IMG/VR virus record: IMGVR_UViG_3300032236_000596
Span: 1-57,058 of that record
Length of the DNA: 57,058 bases
Source: a virus
Lineage: Duplodnaviria > Caudoviricetes
Direction: 5' to 3' (one strand)
Shown here: piece by piece, positions 43,861-53,940 of the stretch
How positions within the stretch are numbered: the first letter of the stretch is position 1
Layout: each line of letters starts with the position of its first letter
Notes under the pieces: generated by a model
Told to the model about the DNA's origin: nothing
Seen by the model: only the letters and a program-made list of their open reading frames with translations
The model's database searches: none
Program-made: the position numbers and the translations under genes

Positions 43861-45573
43861 TTAAGCAATTCCGCCAACAGGGGTAATAACGAAGTTACCG
43901 GCCGTAGGAATCTCATTAACGTTGCAGATGATAGTTTCTACAACGATTGTTACGGCGTTGGCGGCTCCGCTAGGGGTGGTGCTGGTCAAGTCTCCGCCAA
44001 TGCTGGCGTAAGAAATAGTGGTGCTTCCCACCGCAGTTACCACGGCAGACGTAACGTCTACGTTGCTGCTGCCATTTGCTGTGTTAGTAACTCGAATGTT
44101 TTGCCCTACGGTCACATTGTGAGCGGCCGAGGTCGTAATAGTGGCTACGTTAGAGGTTCGCGTGTAGCTGTTCACCGTGAACGACTGCTCTAGGGTTTGC
44201 TTGCGTAGTCGAGTAACCACAGAGTAATCAACTCCAGGTACGGCAGAAATTGCATTTAGAATGTATTGAACAGGAATACGGTCAGCAAAGAATGAGTTAT
44301 CCTGAGAAACCAGGTCCTTTGCCGCGGCCATTGCTGCGGAGGTTACGATGTCCTGTCGATACTGCGGCAGTACGTTAACCGTAACTTCTAGGTCAATTGG
44401 AACGTAAGTTGGCTGGGTGATGGTCAAGGTGACGTTTGGAGCCACTTTGTCCACGAAGTATGCGTAAACGTCATTAGCAATGCTTGTGAAGGCGGCGCTC
44501 GGACCACCTACATTGTCTACACCTGAGTCTCCAAATGGAGCCATGTACAGGGTCACGCTGTTAAAGGTAGAGGCGGTAGCCACTGCTTTAGCAACCCCGC
44601 TAACCTGTAGAGCAAGGTAAGCGTAGTCCTTAAGAGAAACTGCGCGACGAAGGGCGCGCATAGCAAGCGGGGCATTGTTGCGGATAGAGTCAGTAGACTC
44701 CTCATCAGCGCCTCCAGCTGCTGCAACGTTGTTGGATACAAGAACTCCGCCAGTAACGTTACTCAAGAAATAGGTAAGAGAACCAGCAGCTACGTTACCC
44801 GCAGCGCCTGCGCCTACTCTATAAGTGGCAGTAATGGTTCCAGCCACGGGAGGAATACGTCCACCGATGCCGTCTCCAAAGACTACATAGGTATAACCAT
44901 CCGCGTCGTTGACTACGGTAAATACTGGGTCATAGATGTTGTTCTCAATTAGAGAAGAGCTATAGCTGTAAGGAACGCCGTTGACAGATACCTGGATGCT
45001 GTTCCAGATAACCGGAGAATTAAATAGCTTAAATACCTGACTAGGTGCACCAGTAGATACGCCCAAAGGCTCATCAGCAATTGTGTATCCCTGAGTAGCG
45101 TTAACCGATACAGTTCCATTGACGCCCCCGGCCGCCGCAGGTACTGTGGCGTCGGTATCCGTCTCAAAGATAACCTGCGTAGAGATGCCGTCTACAACAG
45201 TAGTGGTTGCAATTTGAGTTCCTGCCGGAACAACAACGTCAGCCCCGGTTGTGTTAGTAAAGGTCAGAGATACTATTGCCGCAGAACTTGGCGTAGGAGT
45301 GTAACCAAGAAGTGACGCCATTTGCAAGACACTCTCGCGCTGGCTGGCCGTAGAAATAAAGCCTTCGTTGGTAGCGCGGTCGATGTAAAAGTTAATAAGG
45401 TCGCCCATGTATGAGAACAGGTCAACCATGGTAATGCCAAAATCGGCAGGGTCTCTGGTAGTCCACGCCGGGTTGAAGGCCGGAATTAGATTTATCAGGT
45501 CCTGGCGAATAGACGTGTAGTCGCGAGAAGTGTAGTCAATCTGCGGAACGTAATTAATCTGGTTATTAGCCAC
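43861..45573 (-). CDS. Baseplate J/gp47 wedge protein
   Basis: DYTSRDY, FGDG..GRIP, GGADEES and RAVSLKDY. Confidence 0.9.
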   Translation of the reverse strand: MANNQINYVPQIDYTSRDYTSIRQDLINLIPAFNPAWTTRDPADFGITMVDLFSYMGDLINFYIDRATNEGFISTASQRESVLQMASLLGYTPTPSSAAIVSLTFTNTTGADVVVPAGTQIATTTVVDGISTQVIFETDTDATVPAAAGGVNGTVSVNATQGYTIADEPLGVSTGAPSQVFKLFNSPVIWNSIQVSVNGVPYSYSSSLIENNIYDPVFTVVNDADGYTYVVFGDGIGGRIPPVAGTITATYRVGAGAAGNVAAGSLTYFLSNVTGGVLVSNNVAAAGGADEESTDSIRNNAPLAMRALRRAVSLKDYAYLALQVSGVAKAVATASTFNSVTLYMAPFGDSGVDNVGGPSAAFTSIANDVYAYFVDKVAPNVTLTITQPTYVPIDLEVTVNVLPQYRQDIVTSAAMAAAKDLVSQDNSFFADRIPVQYILNAISAVPGVDYSVVTRLRKQTLEQSFTVNSYTRTSNVATITTSAAHNVTVGQNIRVTNTANGSSNVDVTSAVVTAVGSTTISYASIGGDLTSTTPSGAANAVTIVVETIICNVNEIPTAGNFVITPVGGIA

Positions 45574-45973
45574 GGGTCAACTCCAAAATCAGGTCTCCCG
45601 AGCGACTAAAGATAGCGGTGTTAAAAGTCACGGTATCAGTTTCTCCAGAAGGCAGTGTGTACAGCAATGTCACTTCTAGGGTGCCGGTTGTATAGTCATA
45701 TACGGGGGTTATACCCTTTAATTCTAGGGAACTTAGCCACTTATTGAAGGCGATACTGATTGTTTTGGTAGCAATCTCAGAGGCCAAATCAGCGTTTTCA
45801 AACACCGTAGACGCGATATCACTGCCAAAGCTAGGTATCATCAGGCGCTCGCTAAAGCGAGTAAGCAGCACCATCAGCACTCGGTCGCGCCACATGGTCT
45901 TGCTATCGATAGTCGTGTTTACCTGCCCGAACTCGTTAAATTTAAAGGGCAAAGATACTACTGAGCTGTTCAT
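45566..45973 (-). CDS. gp25/GPW-like baseplate protein
   Basis: LLTRFSERLMIPSFGS. Confidence 0.85.
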   Translation of the reverse strand: MNSSVVSLPFKFNEFGQVNTTIDSKTMWRDRVLMVLLTRFSERLMIPSFGSDIASTVFENADLASEIATKTISIAFNKWLSSLELKGITPVYDYTTGTLEVTLLYTLPSGETDTVTFNTAIFSRSGDLILELTRG

Positions 45974-46004
45974 GCTAGTCCAATCACTAATGGTAAGTTC
46001 ATAA

Positions 46005-46856
46005 TTAAGCCGTCGTGTCTCCCATAATTATCCAGGAATTTGAGGCGATTTTTACTAGAGACGCGGCCGAATACTGGGCGCGCAGCTTGTTTCCTGGGGT
46101 TCCGTAGACGACAGCGGGGCTGGTGGCCGAGATGGTTACCTGACCAGTACCCAGCTGTACAACGTCTACAACGCTACCTACGGAGAATGACACGCTGTCA
46201 GTAGGGACAACCAGCGATATCGCGCTAGAGTTTGTAAGAGTAACTAAGCCGCCTAAATCCGTAGTTGCCAGGGTGTATGAGGTACCCGACTGAGCATTAA
46301 TAGACAAAACAGGGCTTGCTGAAGGGCCCGTAGGACCGGTAGGCCCAGTTGGGCCAGTAACCGTAGAGGCGGCTCCAGTAGGCCCTGTAGGGCCGGTGGC
46401 ACCTGCTGGTCCAGTAGGCCCTGTAGGGCCGGTGGCACCTGCTGGTCCAGTAGGTCCTGTAGGGCCGGTGGCACCTGCTGGTCCAGTAGGTCCTGTAGCG
46501 CCAGCCGGTCCAGTAGGTCCGGTTGTTCCACCACCGCTAGAGCCGGCTGGTCCTGTAGGCCCAGCAGGGCCTGTAGGGCCGGCAGGGCCAGTAGGGCCAG
46601 TAGCCCCGGACCCAGACGAGCCGCTAGATACAGACCCTGTCCACAGGGGGTAGTTAGGGTCTCCGCCTTCAAATGCGGCCCAAATGGAAGTACCGACAGC
46701 AGGATTAGAAGCGCCTTTAAGGATGGGCCAGGCCCAGTCCGTAGTGCTTTGCCCTAGGACCTGAGGAATCATTAGGCGCAATCTGCTAAAGCCTTCAGGG
46801 TCGTGGTTATCTACTACAACGGCCCTATAAAATCCGGAGTACTTAGCCTCGTGCAT
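46005..46856 (-). CDS. gp5/VgrG OB-fold spike protein with collagen-like repeat
   Basis: [25 protein letters not shown], then Gly-X-Y repeats. Confidence 0.82.
   Translation of the reverse strand: MHEAKYSGFYRAVVVDNHDPEGFSRLRLMIPQVLGQSTTDWAWPILKGASNPAVGTSIWAAFEGGDPNYPLWTGSVSSGSSGSGATGPTGPAGPTGPAGPTGPAGSSGGGTTGPTGPAGATGPTGPAGATGPTGPTGPAGATGPTGPTGPAGATGPTGPTGAASTVTGPTGPTGPTGPSASPVLSINAQSGTSYTLATTDLGGLVTLTNSSAISLVVPTDSVSFSVGSVVDVVQLGTGQVTISATSPAVVYGTPGNKLRAQYSAASLVKIASNSWIIMGDTTA
46320..46610 (-). repeat. Collagen-coding tandem repeats
   Basis: About three near-identical 36-bp units plus 9-bp periodicity. Confidence 0.9.
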
Positions 46857-48159
46857 TTTGTGACCCCGCCTTGATAACAGATGCAATAGACCTTCCTACA
46901 GGCGGCTTAGGCGGAGTTAGGTTAGCTACCGTACCCTTCCATATAGCCGCTGATACAGCCTTGTCAGACGGGGCGGCTCTGTTAACGCGCTTAACCAGCT
47001 GGCTAGACTTAGATGGCTTTAGATTAAGTAGCGGAGTCTTCAATGTCGTGCTTGGCTTAATACGTGTATTACGGACGTTAGGGATAATCTGCCGTACTTG
47101 TCTATTACCTGGCGCAGAGTTTGCCGTGGTCCCATTGAGGGCGCCCAGGGAGTCGGTACCAACAGTTACAACGCTGGTGTAGGTTTGGGTGTTTATTGAC
47201 TTCTCCATTACCTGGTGTTCTACGCCTAGAACTGACCAGTACCCAGAGTAAAGGTTTCCGACGCCGGCTAGATATACCGGCATTCCAGGGCGGAGTACGC
47301 CTCTGCCATAGACCTCAGCAGTAGCGGTGTAAGGGAACACGGTGTTGTGCTCTGCGCTAGTTGCCTCGTGGATAGCTGTCGTGTAGCTGTTTGCAACTAC
47401 AGTAGTAGCGTGGCGGTCAAACAACTCAGCGTTTGATAGCTGCCTGGTAGTTGCTGAGCGGTTCTGCTTAGTGTACTTAAAGTACTGCCCTGTGGTCGGG
47501 TCAATACCGGCCACAGAAGTAGCGGCCTTTTCAAAGCCGTTAGTAGATAGACTCTCGCCAACTATAGGCCTAAAGTTATAGATAGGGTTCAGAGGCATAA
47601 AGCCGGCGTCAACCTTGGTGAAAGACAAGGCTTCGCTAATAAGTTCTGTAAAGTCCTGAAGCAATGGCTGGAAATACAGCGCCGTATTCTCAGCGCGGAG
47701 CGAGTAGCCTGCCTGCTTGGCAAGCTTAACCATAAACTCCCAGTCAGTAAGGCCGGCCTGAGCCACCTGCTTATACACGCGAGGGTGCGGGGTAGCCCTA
47801 TACGAGAAACCGTAGCGCTTTGCAATGTCCGTAATAATCTGGTCTGCGGTGGTGTTGTAATAAACCCTCTGGCTGGACTGGCGCATTACGTAAGATGCCC
47901 CAATAAATCCGACCTCAGTTACGTGCATCTGCGCTTCCTGGTAATTCTTAATGTCATGCACGTAGCCGTAGAACTCCTTGCCGTCTACAGTTACGTGCAT
48001 CAAAGAGCCAGGCTTAACCGCGGCGGGACTGACGCCCCAGTCGCGGAAAGTAAAACGACCGTAGTCATGCTCATACATGCGCTGCCTAAAATTAACGCTG
48101 TAAATCCTAGTTAGCTGTATATTGCTATTAGGAAAGGTTACAGAAGCAAAGCTAGACAT
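46843..48159 (-). CDS. GPD/gp27-like baseplate hub
   Basis: [26 protein letters not shown] and YSGYW. Confidence 0.82.
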   Translation of the reverse strand: MSSFASVTFPNSNIQLTRIYSVNFRQRMYEHDYGRFTFRDWGVSPAAVKPGSLMHVTVDGKEFYGYVHDIKNYQEAQMHVTEVGFIGASYVMRQSSQRVYYNTTADQIITDIAKRYGFSYRATPHPRVYKQVAQAGLTDWEFMVKLAKQAGYSLRAENTALYFQPLLQDFTELISEALSFTKVDAGFMPLNPIYNFRPIVGESLSTNGFEKAATSVAGIDPTTGQYFKYTKQNRSATTRQLSNAELFDRHATTVVANSYTTAIHEATSAEHNTVFPYTATAEVYGRGVLRPGMPVYLAGVGNLYSGYWSVLGVEHQVMEKSINTQTYTSVVTVGTDSLGALNGTTANSAPGNRQVRQIIPNVRNTRIKPSTTLKTPLLNLKPSKSSQLVKRVNRAAPSDKAVSAAIWKGTVANLTPPKPPVGRSIASVIKAGSQNARG

Positions 48160-48433
48160 TAGGTATCCTAAGCACCTTGCCGGCCGGGATGTTCTGATGG
48201 TCGTCTATCTCAGGATTGTATTCGGCGATAAGCCACCATCTCTCAGGGTTTGAGTAGAAGGTCATAGCAACCTGGTCCAGTCGGTCTCCGTCTTTCCAGG
48301 TGTAGGTCTGGTAGTTAATAAGCCCGATGTCGCTGAACTCGTAAAACACGATAGGCGCGGCATCCTGTGAAGGGGTAAAGGACACGAAGTCCACTACAGA
48401 ATCTTCATATCTAGAACCTAGGTAGATGGTCAT
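48152..48433 (-). CDS. LysM/tail-X-like baseplate protein
   Basis: GDRLD.VA..FY.NP..WW.IA..N...G..LRIP. Confidence 0.85.
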   Translation of the reverse strand: MTIYLGSRYEDSVVDFVSFTPSQDAAPIVFYEFSDIGLINYQTYTWKDGDRLDQVAMTFYSNPERWWLIAEYNPEIDDHQNIPAGKVLRIPNV

Positions 48434-48445
48434 TACTTATCCTTT

Positions 48446-49891
48446 CTACTTAACTGGAGTTGTTGCCGTAGAGGTGGTTGAGGCTGAGGTGTCAATAGGA
48501 GCCGCAGTCGTTGCGGTTACCGTGGCCTTCTGAGCCTGGTTCTGAATACCAGCAGTAGCCAGGAGCTGTAGAGACATAGTTACATCCGTGCTGATAGGAA
48601 TCATGTCCACGGTAAACATCTTGTGAGTAACGCTAAGGTTATTTACGTATCCGGCGTACGACAGAGGACCAATGTCAATGTTGACAAGTGTAGGCTGTAG
48701 GAAGCCGATGTCGGCGGTCTTTTGTCCGCGGCCATTTACCCACGCCTGAGTAGTAGAGCCAGCCGGGCCAACTCCGTTAATAGTTCTGTACAGGAACTCA
48801 AGGTCAGCGATGGTTCCGCGCTGGAATAGGTCCACGAGCTTGTCTTGCATGTCAATTCCTCCGACGTTAGTGCTGGAGGTAAATCCAGTTCCCTGGGTGT
48901 AAAAAGGAATAAAGTCTTGGACCTGGTCGCGAGTTACAAAAGGAAGCAGAGTCTTTCCATAGGCAACTTGAGAGTTAGGGTTGTTAGTGTCAGTGTTTGG
49001 AGTACTAAGCTTCGAGGCAGCCGCCGCAAAGTCGTTAGTTCTGTCCAAGTGGATGGTAATAGTAATGCTCTCAGTTCCTGGGAAGAAGCCAGCGCCGCCG
49101 AGGAAACGGTCACCAGCCGACGGTGTAGAGTCCATTTGGACCGATACAGCGGTATTAAAGTCAGTAGGGTTCCATAGGAACTGGAATCCAAACTGAGTGT
49201 TATTTCCGTTCTTAGTGGTAATGTATTTATCGGTAGCTCCGCCGCCAGCGTTCTGAGTCAGCTGGATGCTAGGGTCATTCCACTTCCACCAAATACGGCC
49301 ACGGCGGTACATGTCACTGTGCTGTTTTAGCGGGGCGCTGCTAAAGTCGTTTCCGCTTAGGGTCCTAGGCAGGCTCCACTTGTGCGGAGGAAGATTCCAC
49401 GACCACTTGTTAGGGTCAACAGTTTCTGGAGGAGTGGCCGGAGGGGTAGGAGTGGTGCCCTTCGGGCCCTTGCCTGTTTTTTTACCCGTGCTTGGCGGAA
49501 CAGGGGGCGCAGGAAGCTGGAAGTAGCCCTTGTACCAACTGGCGTTGGGGTCTCCGGCGACCTTTAAACCAATGTTTTGACTGTTGTTAAATGTAGCGCC
49601 CTTTGCAGAATAAGCCTGGCGGGCAGCCTGGCTGTTCTCTACAAAAGTTCCAGTAAACTGGCCCTTAGAATTGAGCACAGGAATCTTAGTAGTGGAGTTA
49701 ATTTCGTAGACAATATTAGGGTCAGTAATAGTAAATATTGTACCGTCAGCTGCGTTCTTGGCTTCCCTATTCAGCTCATTCTGAGCAATAGTCTGGCCAT
49801 CAGAGGTAGTAAACGAAACAGTAGTAGTACCATTACTGTTTTTTCCTGAGCGCCCTGAAGGGTCACTGCTTGTATTACCAGTATCTGCCAT
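48446..49891 (-). CDS. Tail tube initiator-like protein
   Basis: FQFLWNP and GYVNNLSVTH.MF...MIP; between the tape measure and LysM genes. Confidence 0.6.
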   Translation of the reverse strand: MADTGNTSSDPSGRSGKNSNGTTTVSFTTSDGQTIAQNELNREAKNAADGTIFTITDPNIVYEINSTTKIPVLNSKGQFTGTFVENSQAARQAYSAKGATFNNSQNIGLKVAGDPNASWYKGYFQLPAPPVPPSTGKKTGKGPKGTTPTPPATPPETVDPNKWSWNLPPHKWSLPRTLSGNDFSSAPLKQHSDMYRRGRIWWKWNDPSIQLTQNAGGGATDKYITTKNGNNTQFGFQFLWNPTDFNTAVSVQMDSTPSAGDRFLGGAGFFPGTESITITIHLDRTNDFAAAASKLSTPNTDTNNPNSQVAYGKTLLPFVTRDQVQDFIPFYTQGTGFTSSTNVGGIDMQDKLVDLFQRGTIADLEFLYRTINGVGPAGSTTQAWVNGRGQKTADIGFLQPTLVNIDIGPLSYAGYVNNLSVTHKMFTVDMIPISTDVTMSLQLLATAGIQNQAQKATVTATTAAPIDTSASTTSTATTPVK

Positions 49892-52308
49892 TATCTAGTC
49901 ACCGCCATATTAATGTGGTCCTGTTCATCTAGAATGCGCTTTACTTCGCGCGCGAGTTTCTGCTCATTTACAACCGAGCCGGTAGGCAGGTTAATATTTA
50001 CAGTTACATTTCCGTAGTTAGCTCCTGAAGAGCTGGCTACTACGCTGCTGTTTCCAGCGCCGCCGCCTGCAGGAGTAGTAGGCACGTTAGAGAACGCCGA
50101 GGCTCCGCTGCCAAACAGGGAGGCGCCTTGAGTCTTAAACAACTGGTGTGTAGCTGATGTGGCTGAAGAAGCAGTAGCAGTAGGTGCTTGTCCGCCTCCA
50201 CCAAATAGCGTCATAGGGTCGTAGACGTTGCCCTTAGGGTCCTCTAGAGCAAGGTGCAAGTGAGCACCAGCAGGGCCGGCAGGATACACTCCACCGCTGT
50301 GGCCGCTAATACCGATAGGGTCTCCAGCGTTTACAGTTTGGCCATCACCAACGAGTTGGTTAGTCAAGTGACCATAAACCGTAAGGCTTCCGTCACCGTG
50401 GTCAATACGGACCATGTTGCCGAGGTCTCCCTCAACACCGGCCTTCTTAACCTTTCCAGGCTTTACTGCATAAACAGTTGTACCGTCTGCCGCACGGAAG
50501 TCCACGCCTCGGTGCCAGCCGCCATGGCGGAAAGCGGCGGCATTGTGGAACTCACCGTTCTTATTAATAATAAGTTTGCCCTGTAGCGGGTCATATACGC
50601 TAGACATTGGCTGGCTAGAGTCACCAACACCAACAGGGGTTCCAGGGCCTGCACCTGAGCCCATACCGTTGCTTCCGCTACTAAGTGGGTATTCCTTTTT
50701 CCACTTAGCCAGCGTTTCTGGATTTCTAAGACCCAATGCGGCTCTAGGAGAAGATGAATAGTCTTTAAGCCATGCCTTGTAGTTGATACCAGCAGCTGTA
50801 AATGCTTTTTGAGTTTCACTACCTACCCACATAGACCCTGCATAAAGTACTGCTGCGCCTCCGGCAAGTACCGCTGCTGGAGCTGCAACAGACGCAACAG
50901 CAGTTGTAGCCGCTACGCTCTCAGCAGCAGTTCCGGCGTCTAGGGCGGCTGAGGTTTCAGCTGAAGCGGCGGAGGCGCTTGCCACCCCTTTAAACAGGCC
51001 ACTTAAAGCACTTCCTACAACACTGCCAAGACCAGAAAGCAATGTGCCTATTGAGTTATTAAATCCAGCCGAGAAAGTTTTAAGGAATGCGAGGTCGTGT
51101 ACAAGACCACCAAATTCTTTAACGTGAGCAGCAAACAGGTTGGCCGCTGCGGTTAGCCCGTTGTTCGCATCGATTACTCCAGAAACGCCGCTCTGGGTAT
51201 AGGCGTTAACAGCGTTGTATTGAGCTGAATATAGGTTGCTGTATGACTGAGCAACTGCAGAGCTTGCGCCTGTAGCAACAAGAGAAGACTTACTTAGTGT
51301 CCCGCCGCTGGCCTTTTGTAGAAGAGCCGCTACAACGCCTTGACGCAGAACAGGGTCGTTACCGAAATACTGGTTAAGCATGCCATCGAGCGAGTTACCA
51401 GGCTGAAGCGAAAACTCGATGTCAGAAGTTTTAATGGCTCCGCCAGGTCCCTTAATCTTATTTAGGTATTCCCAAACCTGGTCGGCAATTTGCTGCGGGC
51501 TGTTCATGGTGCCGTTAGAACCACGAACCTGGATGCCAAGCATACGAAGTTTATTTACAGACTGGGCCTGGTTAAGGGCTACAGTTGCCTGCATACCGCC
51601 CTCAAGGCCTGCTCCAGGCATAAGATTAGAGAACATTTGAGCGCCGGCAGATACGTTATTGTATCCTGGAGCTCCAGGCATCATTCCGCTACTAGCACCC
51701 ATCATTACAGCGCGAGCAGCGTCTAGCGGGTCAGTAGCAGTTCCGCCGTTCATCATGCTTTGGAATAGCTTGCCACCGGCCACAAATCCGGCGTTGCCGC
51801 CCGTGCCCATGTAGAACCCTGCACGGCGGGCGGACATGTCATTCTCAATGTACTGCTCTGGCTGAATAGCCTGAAGAGTGGCCATTGCCCCTGCGCCCAG
51901 CAGTGTTTTTGCGGCTCCCCACAACGCGCTTCCAAAGGTGTTACCGCCGCCACCGTTATTGGAGCCGCCTCCGCCGCTTTCTTTTCTAGCGGCCTGCTGG
52001 ATAAATCCGCTAGGCGAGCGGTCCCCGACAGCAACGGTGCCCTGGTCCATAAAGGTAGCTATGGCCTTAGAGCCAGTAGCTCCCGTAGCAGCGGTTACAG
52101 GGGTTGTAGAGAAGGTGTCCGGGGACATCGGGTTTGCGGCACCGCCGCCGCCCTTGATGCCCTTCATGTTGGTCAGGATTTCGGCAGAGAGCTTCTTAGT
52201 CTTCTCAAGTGAGATATTGAGCTGCTTAACGGCATCGTTAAGGTCGACAATGATGCGCGTGCTCTTGCCGCCCTTGCCCCCCATGTTCATGTCGCTAAGC
52301 GTACTCAT
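49891..52308 (-). CDS. Tape measure protein with M23 peptidase domain
   Basis: Ala/Gly-rich; HRGVD, YGHL and HLH; follows the chaperone gene. Confidence 0.82.
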   Translation of the reverse strand: MSTLSDMNMGGKGGKSTRIIVDLNDAVKQLNISLEKTKKLSAEILTNMKGIKGGGGAANPMSPDTFSTTPVTAATGATGSKAIATFMDQGTVAVGDRSPSGFIQQAARKESGGGGSNNGGGGNTFGSALWGAAKTLLGAGAMATLQAIQPEQYIENDMSARRAGFYMGTGGNAGFVAGGKLFQSMMNGGTATDPLDAARAVMMGASSGMMPGAPGYNNVSAGAQMFSNLMPGAGLEGGMQATVALNQAQSVNKLRMLGIQVRGSNGTMNSPQQIADQVWEYLNKIKGPGGAIKTSDIEFSLQPGNSLDGMLNQYFGNDPVLRQGVVAALLQKASGGTLSKSSLVATGASSAVAQSYSNLYSAQYNAVNAYTQSGVSGVIDANNGLTAAANLFAAHVKEFGGLVHDLAFLKTFSAGFNNSIGTLLSGLGSVVGSALSGLFKGVASASAASAETSAALDAGTAAESVAATTAVASVAAPAAVLAGGAAVLYAGSMWVGSETQKAFTAAGINYKAWLKDYSSSPRAALGLRNPETLAKWKKEYPLSSGSNGMGSGAGPGTPVGVGDSSQPMSSVYDPLQGKLIINKNGEFHNAAAFRHGGWHRGVDFRAADGTTVYAVKPGKVKKAGVEGDLGNMVRIDHGDGSLTVYGHLTNQLVGDGQTVNAGDPIGISGHSGGVYPAGPAGAHLHLALEDPKGNVYDPMTLFGGGGQAPTATASSATSATHQLFKTQGASLFGSGASAFSNVPTTPAGGGAGNSSVVASSSGANYGNVTVNINLPTGSVVNEQKLAREVKRILDEQDHINMAVTR

Positions 52309-52310
52309 AC

Positions 52311-52466
52311 CTAATTACTCCTGTTTCTACCAGCTCTGGCTATCCAATTCATACGTTCTCGCATTGACATGCCGCGGATATCGGCAAGCGTCCATCCAGT
52401 AAATGCGCGAGATAGTATTTCGTATTGGTCCAGTAAGTGCTCGTAGTCTTCTTTTCTATAGACGAA
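52311..52466 (-). CDS. Frameshift extension of the tail assembly chaperone
   Basis: Open +1 frame FVYRKEDYEHLLDQYEILSRAFTGWTLADIRGMSMRERMNWI... with no start codon or SD of its own. Confidence 0.65.
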   Translation of the reverse strand, partial: FVYRKEDYEHLLDQYEILSRAFTGWTLADIRGMSMRERMNWIARAGRNRSN

Positions 52467-53256
52467 ACAAGTCTGACAACGACAGCGGCATAGGAATGTC
52501 CTCGCCGCATGCCTCGCAGGTCGTCTTCACCTCCCCGAGGCGTGGGCCCGGGTTACGCTTAAGAATCTCAGCGACAATCTTTTCACGGTCTGCCATGCCT
52601 AGGCGTAGAACGCTAGACGCTCCTATTGACGGCACGCCATTGATTGACTCAATGCAGCCTGCCAGCAGAATGGTGTTTACCTCAGCAGGGGTCTTGTCGA
52701 GGTTCTCGATAAGCTTCTTCTGAGTTAGGCCGTTAGGTAGTCCGACAACAATGATGCCGCTCTTCTCTGAGGTGTAAGTAAACTTACGTCCAGAGATAGG
52801 GTCATCCAGGCCAATGACAGGTACGTCAGTGCTCAGGTTTACGGATACCGAGAGGTCGCTCTTGCAGTGTGGGCATGGGAACTCAAAGTCCACGTTGTCA
52901 CCAAAGGTGGCTCTGCGGATACCGATAAGGATGGCGTCGCGGTCTCCACTGAGGAGCTTGTCGAAGTCGTCCTTGCCCGGCTTTTCCATGCCGATTGAAA
53001 CAAGCCCGCGCTGCAGCATTACAATGAGGGCTCTACCTGGGGACCCGGCTTTAGAGATGGCTTCTTCGTCCAGCCCGTTTAGCTCGCGTACTTCGGCGTA
53101 TTTCACGAGGCTACCGTCCCCGGCGATAAAACCGCCGGGGAGGGTAACGTCCGTGCTTGATGGAGGAACAGTCTTAATTTCGACTGCCGGCTCCGTGGTA
53201 ATTTCTTTAGTTAGCTTCTCGATGACCGATGGGTCAGTTACCGTATATTCAGACAT
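52456..53256 (-). CDS. Tail assembly chaperone / T4 gp26-like hub assembly protein
   Basis: VRELNG.DEE, GDRDAILIGIRRATFG, CPHC and CEAC; between the tube and tape measure genes. Confidence 0.75.
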   Translation of the reverse strand: MSEYTVTDPSVIEKLTKEITTEPAVEIKTVPPSSTDVTLPGGFIAGDGSLVKYAEVRELNGLDEEAISKAGSPGRALIVMLQRGLVSIGMEKPGKDDFDKLLSGDRDAILIGIRRATFGDNVDFEFPCPHCKSDLSVSVNLSTDVPVIGLDDPISGRKFTYTSEKSGIIVVGLPNGLTQKKLIENLDKTPAEVNTILLAGCIESINGVPSIGASSVLRLGMADREKIVAEILKRNPGPRLGEVKTTCEACGEDIPMPLSLSDLFRL

Positions 53257-53312
53257 TTAGTACTCCTAGTTAATTATTTAAATAATACCACGAGGTATTA
53301 TCTGCTTATTTG

Positions 53313-53930
53313 CTACTTAGTCAGGTCTACGTTGTCACCAGCAAGGGTGAACGAAAGGCCTTCGTGTGCAAGGGTGATGGTCTCCATCATGACTTCGTTG
53401 CCCTGAGCGTTCAGGTCAGTGAAGTTCAAGGTGGTGATGAACGCGTTGTAGACGTTAATCTGCATCTTGTATGCCGATGGGTCAATCAGGTCGTTGTTTG
53501 CCAGACCAGGGGTTCCGACCAGTGGGTGGTCCAGAACGTAGATGGTGAGGTTGCAGCGGAAGGTCTGACCGGTGGTCAGAGGAACTCCCTCGCCCGATAC
53601 TGCGGCGAAGAGGCTCTTCATCCAGTTGATTGACTGGTCCTGGCCGTAGATAACACCACGGGTCAGGGTGATAGGGCTGAACGAGGTCATACCAGGAATC
53701 TGGTGCAACGTGGTGTTCATGCCGCCTTCACGGTAACCAATAGCGTTGGTCGAGATAGAAAGACCCGACACCGAGGTAAAGCCGCCGCTGAACTTCAGCG
53801 GAGCATCGACGGTGCTGCCTTCAGTAGTGGTGAATTCCACAATGAACCGGAAATTTCTTAGCGGGTCAGTTTGGATAGTAGAGAAGCGCTTTAGAGTGCT
53901 CTTCGCTGTGGTTGAAGGTTGAGTTGCCAT
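53313..53930 (-). CDS. Tail tube protein (T4 gp19-like)
   Basis: DPLRNFRF, YREGG, ITLTRG and ETITLAHEG. Confidence 0.92.
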   Translation of the reverse strand: MATQPSTTAKSTLKRFSTIQTDPLRNFRFIVEFTTTEGSTVDAPLKFSGGFTSVSGLSISTNAIGYREGGMNTTLHQIPGMTSFSPITLTRGVIYGQDQSINWMKSLFAAVSGEGVPLTTGQTFRCNLTIYVLDHPLVGTPGLANNDLIDPSAYKMQINVYNAFITTLNFTDLNAQGNEVMMETITLAHEGLSFTLAGDNVDLTK

Positions 53931-53940
53931 TATGGGTCTC

